A stretch of 64,000 nt of DNA from Ginglymostoma cirratum. Taxonomy: Eukaryota. Numbering within the stretch: position 1 is the first letter of the stretch; each line of letters opens with the position of its first letter. A program made the position numbers and the translations under genes. The notes under the pieces were generated by a model. The model was given only the letters and a program-made list of their open reading frames with translations, ran no database searches and was not told the origin of the DNA. The stretch covers positions 26,770,044 through 26,834,043 of the forward strand of contig JAHRHZ010000098.1 in assembly GCA_024137785.1 (NCBI GenBank), given 5' to 3'. Positions 1 to 10,800 of this stretch are shown here, piece after piece.

Positions 1-171
1 ACCTCACCTTATGCAATCCGTTGCAATCATGCAAAATTAGAAGTGAATAGATGAGAAAGAAATCAACATTTTAATTTATCCAATAATCATTGTCCAGCAC
101 TAAGTTTCCCATTTTTGTAGTCGTGATTTTGCTCCATGTAAAATTTTAAATTTTGTTGTCGTATATAACAG

Positions 172-270
172 ATCCCTCGAGATGGCTGCCTTCTCTTTGA
201 TCCACTATTTACAGAATGGGAGAAGAAATTCTTGAAGGATTGTGGGATGGTGGTGCTTGAGGAAAATGAG
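172..270 (+). CDS. SRRD: SRRD coding exon ([13 protein letters not shown]...LEENE)
   Basis: aacag| acceptor at 170-171, |gtaaaa donor; 99 nt, phase 0/0. Confidence 0.9.
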
Positions 271-3200
271 GTAAAAGGCACCGACACATTCAGTTTTTGT
301 TTTGTACATTGTCTTCTCTGTGAATCCTGTCTGACAAAAGGGATGCGTAACTTTCTGGTTTTGGGTTTCTGGTGATTGCTCCAAATTCAGCCCCTAATCA
401 CAACTAGATTTTCCATATGACAATTTCAGGAGCAAACTGCACCTGTCCATGTGCTTCAGAATTTTTTTTGCATGTCATGACACAATTGGCAATTTTCTTT
501 TAAAAATCTATTAGGAAGGGAAGCGGTCCATCGACAGGCCAACGCTGTTCTACATGATTCACTGTGGCAAAGCTCTCTACAATAACCTGTTGTGGAAAAA
601 TTGGTCACCACAAAAACTCGCACAAACTATTCTCATTGGAAACAGTTTCAAAGGGATAGAGGAGAGGTAAGAAAATTTTGCTGTTGTTCATCCTCTGTAA
701 ATGAAAAAACCTGTGTGGTGATTTAATAATTATGATGGGGCAAGATAGGAAAATAGCAACAGATTACACTCTGAGGGACGTTAATGCAACAATAGTACTG
801 TGTGGGATAATATGAGAATTGGAATTTTAAATTACACAGAATGGTTTTATTGAAGTGGAGAGTTTAAGGTGATCTAATTTCAATATTTAAGAAGAGTTCA
901 TTCAGCAAATCTGTTCACCACAGTGAAGATTTGAACTTCAAGCATAGAGTTTGGAACAGAAAGGCAGGGATGAAAGCTTTTGAAACAAAGCATAGTGGAC
1001 CTGGGAAGAGGTTATCAGGGACGTTTATTGGAATGGATATTGTAATTAGATTAGTAATATCTCCAATTATGTTTTTGAAGAGAGAATATTGCAAGATGAT
1101 AATCTCAAAACTGTATTCTTATCAAAATTGTTGAACTTTTTTTTAAATATTGCAGAATACCAGCCCGAGTGCTGAAGAGGGACTATACATACATTAATCA
1201 TGTATCCTTCAGTAATTTCAATCAGCAATTCAATTTCTGCTGCTACCCGTGGATCCTAATCTCTCTGTTTGAGTTAGGGGGTTTGAGGGTATGAGCAAAG
1301 AGAGAAAATTGACCACGAATGCTTCTACTGATGCAGTTTTGGCACATGTTCCCACTACAGAATTAAGAAAGTGAAAGTTGTCTATATGACACGGTAGCTG
1401 TGTGAAAACCATGAATTGTTTAAGTTATAACTAGTCTAGTAACAAACAATCCTGTTTCCAAAGACACTGCACCCCTCCAGAGTTTACAACATCACTATTA
1501 CTTCCTAACATTCTTCTTAGTTACTGTGTCATATAGGCAACTTTCACTTTCTTAATTCTGTGGTGGGAACGTGTGCCAAAACTACATCATCAGAAGCATT
1601 CATGTTCAATTTTCTCTCATTGCTCTACCCTCGAACCCCCTAACTCAAACAGAGAGATTAGGATCTACAGGAAGCCGCAGAAAGTGTTCTTTACAAACTC
1701 GGTGAAATGGTCATTTTTCGAGGTAAACCTTATCTTTGAGTTGGAATATTCAACTTTATGGGAGTCATCAGACACAAACCCAGTCCAGTTCTCATCTAAT
1801 ATCCCTTACTGACTAACCAATAGCAATCAGGAGCAGAAATACAGGCTGAACATTCTATCCATTTCCATCCCAAAATCCAGGCAGCATAGTGGCTCAGTGG
1901 TTAGCACTGCTGCCCCACAGCACCAGGGACCCGGGTTTGATTCCACCCTCAGGCAACTTTGGAGTTTGCTCATTCTACTCGTGCATGTAAGGGTTTCCTC
2001 CTGGTGTTCCGGTTTCGTCTCACTAACCGAAGTTGTGCAGTTTAGGTGGATTGGCCATGCTAAATTGCCCTTAGTATCCGGGGATGTACAGGCTAGGTAG
2101 GATAGCTATGGAAAATGTAGGTTACAGGGATAGGGTAGGTGGGGGTGGGTCTGAATGGGATGCTCTTCAGAGGGTTGATGTGGACCCAAAGTGCCGAATG
2201 ATCTGCTTCCACACTGCAGGGATTCTATGGAAACCAAATTTCAGGCACTTTAAAGCCAGTTGTAGCATTCCGCCAGCACTAGTAGGAATTCCCAACACTG
2301 ATTTTATACAGAGCTCCATCAAAGGAGAGAGAATTTGCCTTGAGTGCTCTCCCATAACATTTAAATGTTAGAATTGCCAGGATGCAGAACATCAAAATTC
2401 ATGATTATGTACGTGACAAATTTTCAAGAGGGCATAGGATGATTGTTTGGATAGAGATAGTGTGCAGTGGTACGGGGAAAGGGGAGATTTGCAGTAGGCA
2501 ATGATGCTCATTTGACGAGCTGGTGCAAGCACGATGGGCTTATTAACCACCTTCTGCGCCGTAACAATTCTGTGATTCTTTCCTAAACCTTACTCCTAAC
2601 TAGCTGAGTGGCAGCTTTACGTTAATAATACCACAATAAAAGGGAGTCATATTTCCCTATTCACTGGTGATAATTTGACAAACACTTCTAAACATCTCTG
2701 CTCCAGTATAAATTCTTCCATTGTATCTTTATAACTGTGTTAAAGCTTAGTTGTACTTTCTTTCCAACTACTTACATCAGACTTAAAGATTCACCATGAA
2801 TAATGCTTTTGTGAGGTCTGTTAGTGTACAAAATTTAATTAACTCTGTTGATTAAATTGATGAATGCTAAACTACTTACTTCAACCTATTGGCTATTACT
2901 GGCTACTTACAATGGGACTGACCTTTTATTCTGGAAGATATCACCATATTGCATCTACTGTTACAAGTGAAGATAACTAAAATGATCTTCACAATTGAAT
3001 AAGAACACGACTGTGACTAGACATTAAAAGAAACTTCAAGGGTTACATCCTAACCCTAGTGGCCACCAGCAGATATATCATGAGTCAGCACTGTTGTACC
3101 TCCCTGTGTTGAGAACATCACTCCTGGTGATGATCAGATGCAGCTGGCACCAGTACCTGATCTTGGACCTCTTCAGAATACTTGGTGGCATGGATTCATC

Positions 3201-5674
3201 TGAAAGAAGGTTTTAGTTATAAACTCTAGTGGTAGAAACAAAGCGCAGTAGTCTCTGTCCATCTTTCCTTGGCCGTGCTTCACAATTGGCACCCTCTGTG
3301 TTGAAATCCCTCAGCCAGTAAAGAATGTTAGGGATTCTGCCCAAGTGTCAAACTCCTCATACAGTAGGTCTTATGCCTGTGTAGCAGAGGATGGGCATAA
3401 AAGCCATTTCCAGTTTGAATTTTTGAATTGGATGTGACAAATGGCCTGCCATGGAAATCAGTGTTGGGAATTATTTATAGTTTACATCAGTGACTATATG
3501 TCTGTTAAATTTGCTGTTGATTAGCAGGAAAGTTAGTTTTGAAGAATATGCAAAAGGATACAAATAGGTTAAGTGAGTCAGCAAATCTTTGCAATAGTAT
3601 GAAGAGAGAAAATGTGAACATGTTCATTCTGGCAGAAGAATGGTGAAGCAGATTATTTAAATGGAGAGGTTGCAGAATTCGGAAGTACGGAGAGTTTTAA
3701 TATCCTCATACGTGAATCATAAAAAGGTTAATATGCAGGTACAGCAAGGTGACTATGAATTCAGTCATCGACTGCAAGGGGAATGGAATATGAAAACGGG
3801 GATATTTTGATATAGTTGTATAGCACTATCATGAGGTCACACCTGGAGTTCTGCCAGTTAAAAGCAAAATACAGTGGAAGATGTAAATCTGTAATAAAAG
3901 CAAAGTACTCGTGAAACTCAGCGGGTCTGGCAGCATCTGTGGAGAGAGAAACCACGTTAACATTTTGAGTCCAGTGTGACTCCCAACTCAGCAGTGAAAG
4001 CAGGATCACTGAGTATTTTTAAGGCAGTGCCAGATAGGTTCCTGAACTGACATGGGAGTCAGTGCTCATCAGTAGTAGGCAGGAATTTGGAGTTGAAACC
4101 AAACTACAAAGACAATGGTAGAGTAGGCTGGAGGGGCTGAATGGCTAAGTCCTGCTTCTAATTCATGTGTCTGAGATAGAGCAGTGTGTTGTCGTGGAAA
4201 TGCATATCAAGTTAATTGACCCTGTTTGAGGAGGATGCAGCTATGTTCGGAACCATCTTTTGGAAATTTATCATCAGAAATAGCATGATCTTTGTGCAGC
4301 GAAACCAAATCTTTCTCACACCTTGCCTTTGAACTCTTCCCTTGCCATCCCACCAGATTACTGTTTTTACCAGATAGCACAGATTTAGGGTAACTGGCAA
4401 AAGAACCAGAGGTGACATGAGAAAAAACTTTTTACACAATGAATGGTTAGGATTTGGAATGAAAGTGATAGCATTCAATAATAACTTTCAGAAGCGATTA
4501 GGATAATTCATTGAAGAAAGAAAATTGCAGGGATGTAGGAAAAGAGCAGGAGATAACTGGATTATTCTTTGAGAGAGTCAGTATGAACACAATGGCCTCA
4601 TTCAGTAGTGTACTATTCTATACTTTATCTCTCTTTATCAAATACTGCTGGCAAGTCTGTAATTGTCTGAAGGTAGGAGGGATAAGGGTTGACTCTTGCT
4701 TGGAACTTTTTCCTTCCCCCATTATGATATGGTTCCCAATTAGACAACTTATTAACAGATGATTAGTATTGGAGCATACATCCAGTTTTAGAGAAATAAT
4801 TTAGCAAGCACTGATTCTGATAAGTGTAACAACAGATAGAATTTGTACACTAGCAGATCTCCTGTAATGTTATTCATGGTGAAATGGAATACAAAGAGAA
4901 CAGCTGAAATTCACCAGGATTGTATCTAGAATGGGTAGAAGAACAGAAGACAGACTTGAGTTACAGGAAGAATCTCCATACAGCAGAGATGGCCAATAGA
5001 GTCTTTTCAAATTACACAGAGTATAGTGAATAGGGACACACGATTTATTTTGATGAGACAACAACTCAAAACACTCAGTTAGTATGGAGGGAGATTAAGA
5101 ACAGATTTGTTATGCATGTGGTATGAAACTTTTTTCACAGAAGTGGAGGCGTTGCATCTTGTTATGGGACATTTGGATGAATATTTAACATAATTGATGA
5201 TCTATAGATTATTGGGATGGAGCTAGGTAGCAGAATTAGTTTTAGAATTCTCCAGGAAAGAGAACCAATACAACAACCAATTTCTTTCATTACATTATCA
5301 TAGACCTCAATGCTTCTAGGGTCGGCAATTCAATGAAATTGCATGGTACATACAAGATTTTGGGATATGAGACTTAAGGATACACACACACACACACAAT
5401 TGCTTTTGGAAAACAAAACCAAGAAATTTATTGTCTTTCATATTTTCACCTTAACTGTACTCATCAGGTATTGGCAGTAACTGAAGAGGTCGCGTTCCCC
5501 TCCAGCAGTAGATACATGGATGTATTTAATGATACCTCCATTCACCAGTTTCCTAGAAAAAAACTTGATTCACAGCCCATGGAGTTTTGGGAAGGTCCTA
5601 CTGAACCCACATATCAGGAATGTGAGGACTTGGAAATTATTCAAAAGGGCATGGAATGTTTTTTAGTTTCATAG
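172..5674 (+). CDS. SRRD: SRR1-like protein (SRRD), 3' part; coding exons 172-270, 515-666, 1156-1201, 5468-5674 (5' exons upstream of window)
   Basis: Spliced translation [128 protein letters not shown]...CEDLEII matches the recalled vertebrate SRRD C-terminal half (YDPLFS, ENEEGKR, FYMLHCG..LYNNLLW.NWS, GNSF, FNDTS). Splice sites are AG/GT and phases are consistent. Confidence 0.93.
515..666 (+). CDS. SRRD: SRRD coding exon (EGKRSID...[10 protein letters not shown])
   Basis: attag| acceptor, |gtaag donor; 152 nt. Confidence 0.92.
1156..1201 (+). CDS. SRRD: SRRD coding exon ([15 protein letters not shown])
   Basis: ttgcag| acceptor; donor |GTATCCTTC (U12 type); 46 nt restores the frame. 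Confidence 0.88.
1231..1686. repeat. Long inverted repeat / MITE-like palindrome (arms ~1231-1399 and ~1519-1686, spacer ~119 bp)
   Basis: Arms are reverse complements at roughly 85-90% identity by eye (e.g. GGATCCTAATCTCTCTGTTTGAGTTAGGGGG vs CCCCCTAACTCAAACAGAGAGATTAGGATCT). Confidence 0.85.
1880..2229 (+). mobile_element. tRNA-derived V-SINE (HE1-like)
   Basis: A box TGGCTCAGTGG 1890-1900, B box GGTTTGATTCC 1934-1944, V-domain-like GGGTTTCCTCC..GTG..CCGGTTTC, GGATTGGCCATGCTAAATTGCCC, CR1/HER1-like 3' tail GGGATTCTATG. Confidence 0.85.
3540..4170 (+). mobile_element. Decayed CR1/HER1 LINE 3' fragment with an embedded Penelope terminal fragment (~3860-3990)
   Basis: Degenerate RT C-terminal motifs (ARGMEY.., [13 protein letters not shown]) and 3' tail; AAACTCAGCGGGTCTGGCAGCATCTGTGGAGAGAGAAA is typical of shark Penelope termini. 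Confidence 0.6.
5382..5398. repeat. (CA)n microsatellite
   Basis: acacacacacacacaca. Confidence 0.8.
5468..5674 (+). CDS. SRRD: SRRD last coding exon (VLAVTEEV...ECFLVS*)
   Basis: catcag| acceptor preceded by CCTTAAC branch site; contains [11 protein letters not shown] and [10 protein letters not shown]; TAG stop. Confidence 0.9.
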   Translation, partial: VLAVTEEVAFPSSSRYMDVFNDTSIHQFPRKKLDSQPMEFWEGPTEPTYQECEDLEIIQKGMECFLVS

Positions 5675-6405
5675 CTGGGAAAGTAGTTGGAGTGAACCAA
5701 GTTTCAAAGCCCATTGAGGTAAAAGCAACTGGGAAAAGATTACCTATGGAACCATCGATTTCACTCTTTCAGGGTCATAATGATCCGAAATCCAAGTTTA
5801 GTTACCTTGGTAAAGAATACTGCCAAGAGGAAATTTTTAATTCCCTCCACCTCTCACAAACCTGGAATTAAAACTGTGCAACTCTGTTTGGTCATAGCTG
5901 GATTAATTCTGTTGTTTTTCCCTGAGGCTCAGATACCTGTTACTCAAGCAAGATGCCCCATTTATTTGCTAACCAGTGGGTCACAAGCCCTAATAGCATT
6001 TTAATAGCATTCTGAATTGCACCACCAGCAACCCATTGAAAGAATTCAATCAGTCTTCTGTGATGACCAGAATGCTCTTCCAGACTCGACAGATAAAGTC
6101 TATTACCCAAACCCTCTTTCTGATTTCATGCATGAGATCCACCCAAACATCTACCCATGTGATTTACCTGTTTGCCAGTACATGACATCCAGGCTGCCCA
6201 ATTCTCAGCTGCCGGCCAGCCAATGGGATACAAATTAAAGACAAAGGCGAATAGTAAATCATGTCCATGTTTTATTACTGAAGGACCTGATCATAGTATA
6301 CAATATTCATTAAAATTTAATCATCCTACAGTGAAAGACCATTTAAATGATGGTCAAATAAGCATTCACCTGATTCATGAATTACAGTCCAACAATTAAA
6401 GCAAA

Positions 6406-6411
6406 AATAAA
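6406..6411 (+). promoter_or_regulatory. Candidate SRRD polyadenylation signal AATAAA
   Basis: First canonical AATAAA I found downstream of the SRRD stop, followed by a T-rich stretch; ATTAAA variants occur earlier. Confidence 0.45.
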
Positions 6412-6504
6412 ACCTGTTAACCCATAACCCTCAAACAATAGTTTTATGATTTTTAATTTGAATCCAAGAATAGTACAGAACAAGGCCATTCAAATAGAAA
6501 GAAT

Positions 6505-6510
6505 TTTATT
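6505..6510 (-). promoter_or_regulatory. Candidate CLUH-like polyadenylation signal AATAAA (alternative at 6271-6276)
   Basis: TTTATT on + about 1.06 kb downstream of the CLUH-like stop at 7566. Confidence 0.45.
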
Positions 6511-7565
6511 TTAAAAATGTAGCTTTGGGTTCATAAACATCTTGAGCTTATAAGAACTAAAAATGCAGCTAGAACAGAGTACCTAGGTAGTTGATGAAAG
6601 TTGTGAACTTATGTTCAGATGCAAGCAGTTGACGACTGAACTTGAATTTAAAGAAGGAAGACTTGGATTTGTCAATCTGCCACAGTTCATTATGATGATG
6701 CTGATCAACTCTGCGCTTAATTCAAGGTGGACAGCAAATCTGATGTCAGAACTACTCTATCACACTCACCAGGAATTTACCAAAATCATTAGTATTGAAG
6801 TGTGTGACCTTGGAAAGTTTTCAGAGCCTCAACATTAAAAGAAAACATTTCAGTCTAAAGAGAAAAACAAATCAACAAGTTTACCCTGTCGCATGGGGGG
6901 GGTTAAGCATTGAATTTGACCTTTTTCTGGAAATACAAGCTGCTCACAACTGGTAATTTTGGCAAGAATCAGATAGTATCCTCTCACCCCCAACACACAC
7001 CATCATGTTGCTACTAGCTTATCGTGCAATAGTGGTATGATACAAATCGAAAGCATATATCTGGAAGCAATACAACTACAGGTCTTGGCCACAAAGTGTG
7101 ATACTGAGAGGCAATAGCTATATTAAAATCATAGATTGGGGTACATGAAGGACAGAGTACCCAAAACATTTGTTTTTCAGTGTTTCACAGCCATGCAGCC
7201 AATGTATATATTGACCAGTGGGTGGATAAGGACTTGTCACCTATATGATTGCACAAAACGACATCCAATACAAAGCAGCAAGAGTACAATCCTAGTTCCA
7301 TGTGGTAATTATTCAGTAGGTTTTAACTTCCAGTAATGGAGATAAAATGTAATTCGACAATTACAGAATCTAATCCCAGACATTATGATAAACCCTAGAT
7401 GCATCTGCTGATATGGATGTCACATTTGCAGAATGGAGACCCCCCCCCACCACCCACATCTGGGATATGGAAGTCTTTGTTTGCTGAGAAGTGGGCATTA
7501 GTGTCAGTTTCATGTAATTAGAAAGGAGTTAAATCCGTCACCTTGTCAAGTGCTGGCGAACACAG

Positions 7566-7800
7566 TCATGCAGAACTCCCTGAGGGAATACAGTCAGGCT
7601 CTGTTTTTCTATTAATCAATTTTTCTTCAGCAAGATTCTGTGCACCATTTGTGATTTCACCCGGCATTGTAGTTCCATTGACTGATATCAGATCCTCTAT
7701 CCCAATGTTAGTGAGAGCCTTGGTCAGTCTCTGAGAAGCCTGGATTTCTGCCTGGAGTAGTTTACGCATTCGATTTGTTGCACTTTCTAGGGCAGATTTC
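7566..7800 (-). CDS. CLUH: CLUH-like last coding exon ([16 protein letters not shown]...PSGSSA*)
   Basis: ttgcag| acceptor at 7801-7802; phase matches upstream exon; TGA at 7566-7568; divergent sequence. Confidence 0.7.
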
Positions 7801-10800
7801 CTGCAAAGAATAACAAAAGCAGCTAGTGAGTACAGGTGGCAAAAGGCACAGCAAGGCATTGCATGTGAAGTGGGTTACAAGTAATGGCAGGAGCATCGGA
7901 TCACCATCATAGAGAATTGGTGAAGTATAGCAAGTGGGAATTGAGGTAAACCAACTTTGATTATACTACACAATTCTATAGTAGAATCAGAACAAGCCAC
8001 AGGCATGACACTTGGCATCACGTTGCACAGAAAATTCGCAGTCTGCAATCTCTGCCTGGTATTAGAAAGATATTCAAGAGTTAAGTACCTCGGGAGCCTA
8101 GGTGTGGAGGGTGGGTGGGGCGGTGGTGGTGTGGTTGTGCTTTCTAGGATGTAGAATGGTTCTGGACTTTGGTTAGTCACAGAGTTCAGTAAGCAGATTC
8201 CATTAAGCCCATTTACCCTCATCTCAACTTGTTCCAATTGCTGTGCACAGAAGCTAGCAAGTAATTAATGTCACAAATTGAAATAATTTGTATCATATAG
8301 TTATCAATTATTCACACACCTTCCATCATTGATAATTAGAAGACAAGCTTGCACTTTATTTGGACCTTTTACATCCTCAAGATGTCCCAAAGATTCATGA
8401 CCAGTGAATTAATTTTTCAGTTAGTCTTATTGTTCTGTATGAAATCTTGACAGTAATTTGCCTACAGTAATTTCCAACAGAGGGAAAAGAACTGTATAAA
8501 AGATATGGATTTCATGAGATAAATACACTGCTCATTTATTTTGTAGCTTTAGCTCCTCTGCTGCAGAAGCAGATTACTCACTGAACTAGAGTTCTACAAT
8601 CATTGACGGTCCCTGTAGTATCTGGCCTAAGTTGCTTCTTCACATGTCAGCCTATAATGGTGTAGTGGTGAAAAGTTATTTCATGGTGAGAACACCACAG
8701 CCAAGATTCCTTTCAATTGTAACATTTGCATCAAGAATCGCAGGACTGTGAGCAAAAGGACAGCATGACTTACACAGGGATGCCAAGGTCAACAGGACCA
8801 CACCCACCACTGCATAGAGGTCAATTGTGGCACTTTTTTTTAGCATTTATCAAATTCAGCACAGGCTTGGGAACTTATGATTTATAATTCTTAGTGCCAG
8901 CCACGGCAACAAACACAAACTGCGCCATCAGGGAGCAGCGTAGCAATTTTTACTCCGTTATATCTCCCACTGCTGTGACATTAATTTTCATTAAGAAGTT
9001 AAGCATTTCTAGTCTTCGCTGTAATTTTCCACAACAATTTCTCCACGAGAATTTACAGATTGATAGGTGAATATTCTTGAGAGTGATACAGTTCCCAGCT
9101 ACCAAATGGCATGAATTTGGTATGGAGCAATCTCCTGGGGAAAGCAGGAAGGAAAATGTTACCTGGTGTCAGTTAGCACAATCCCATTGATCATGTTGAG
9201 CTGTTGCAGTATCATCTTGTTACTTAAGGGTGTGGTCTGAAAAGAAGAAATGGGTGAACTGTCAAGTATTGTCTGTCCCTACAAAGGAATATTAGCTTAA
9301 ACGGTTCTGTTCTTGTCTATCCAATTTGAGCCAGAGAATCACCTGCAATCATTTCTCTTTTCATTTTTCCAAGTAATCTTTCCTTGGTTCCTATTATTTC
9401 ACATCTACAGACCCCAGTTTCATCTTTGAAAACACAGTTATCAGCTTCCATTTCTAGATAGCACCCAGCTCAACTACACCACGATGCTTTCTCTATACTA
9501 TCACAAAGACAGACCATTCCTACTCCCATAATGTTGACCAAATACACTCCTAATTAAGCTCGTCTGTTATTGAAACTCTTGTTCATGCTTTTGCTACCTC
9601 TAGGCTTTACTATTCCAATGTACTCTTGGATGGCCACTTATTTTCAATCCTTTGTAAACTTGTAGTTGCTTCAAAACTCAGCTGCCTGTGTTCTTACTCA
9701 TTATTGCTTTGCTTGCTAATCCAAAGTGGCCATTAGTTAAATAACATCTCAATTTTAAAATTTACATCATCTTCAACCACCCATGGCCTCAACCCTTTCT
9801 CACCTCTGAAACCTTCAAACCTCATATCTGCATTCCTCCACTGCAAGCTTCTTGAGTATCCCCAATTTTAATATGTTCAGTATTAGCACCCGTGCTTTCA
9901 GAAGCTCTGGAATTCTCACCCAAGCCATACCTTTTCTCTACTTTTTCCTTGTTTAACATTTCCCTGAAAACCTATACCTTGGACTAAGCTTTTGCCCTAA
10001 CCTGCCTCAATATCTCCTTATGTGACTCAGTGCAAGATTTTATTTGATTTAATAGGACTCCTGTGAAGTGCCTTTGGACATTTCACTATGTTAAAGACAA
10101 TATATTAACTTGTTGTAAAGCTGGTATCAAATCCCACACAACCTATTATTGAGAATCAAACAGCACCATCCACGCACCTCCCAAGCCCTCAATTCAATGC
10201 ATTTTGGTTTTCTGAAAGGGGCGCATAATACATCTCCTGGCAAAGATCTTATCAACAAGACATGCCAAGCTGGGAGCAGGTTCTTTTCGTACCTGACAAG
10301 ATCCATAAGAAAAGACACTGGGGGGAGGGGAGGTAAACTAAATAAGGTACACAGACCTGTACTGGAGGAAGACTGGCATTTGATCCATTTTTGTAGATCT
10401 CATTCATGGTTCTTTGCAGATTCACTGCCTGCTGTGTAACATGTTTCAGGAATTCAGAGCTCCCTTTTGTCTTCTGATGAGTTTCTCCAAGCTGAGTTAG
10501 AAACAAATAGTCAGAAAAATACAGATTCAATACTGCCATATTTCCATACAGTTGTTTTCTCAGTAATTAATATCCTGGAATTTTGCTCAAAGCAGTAATA
10601 TTTATCCAGTTCTTCCTCTCAGGAGTGTAAATGGTGGAAGAGAATACTTGTGGTCAGTGGAAGGTGCATTCTGACAGGTGATTCAATTACTTAATACTGG
10701 GAACAAAGCTTTTAAAATCAACAGGCTACTAATAGTTGGCCTTTAACTTAAAGAGATGCCCATTGTTCCAATATCATAAAAATTTCATTTGGTCTTTGTA

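Larger units (their letters stand above)
1202..5467 (+). other. U12-type (minor spliceosome) GT-AG intron of SRRD
   Basis: 5' splice site GTATCCTTC (consensus RTATCCTT); branch site CACCTTAAC at 5447-5455, branch A 13 nt from the 3' splice site; no real polypyrimidine tract. Confidence 0.85.

Noticed and set aside
1880-1950. tRNA-like A/B boxes (also ~19080-19148, ~21210-21290)
   Set aside because: These are SINE heads that continue into SINE bodies; no complete cloverleaf.
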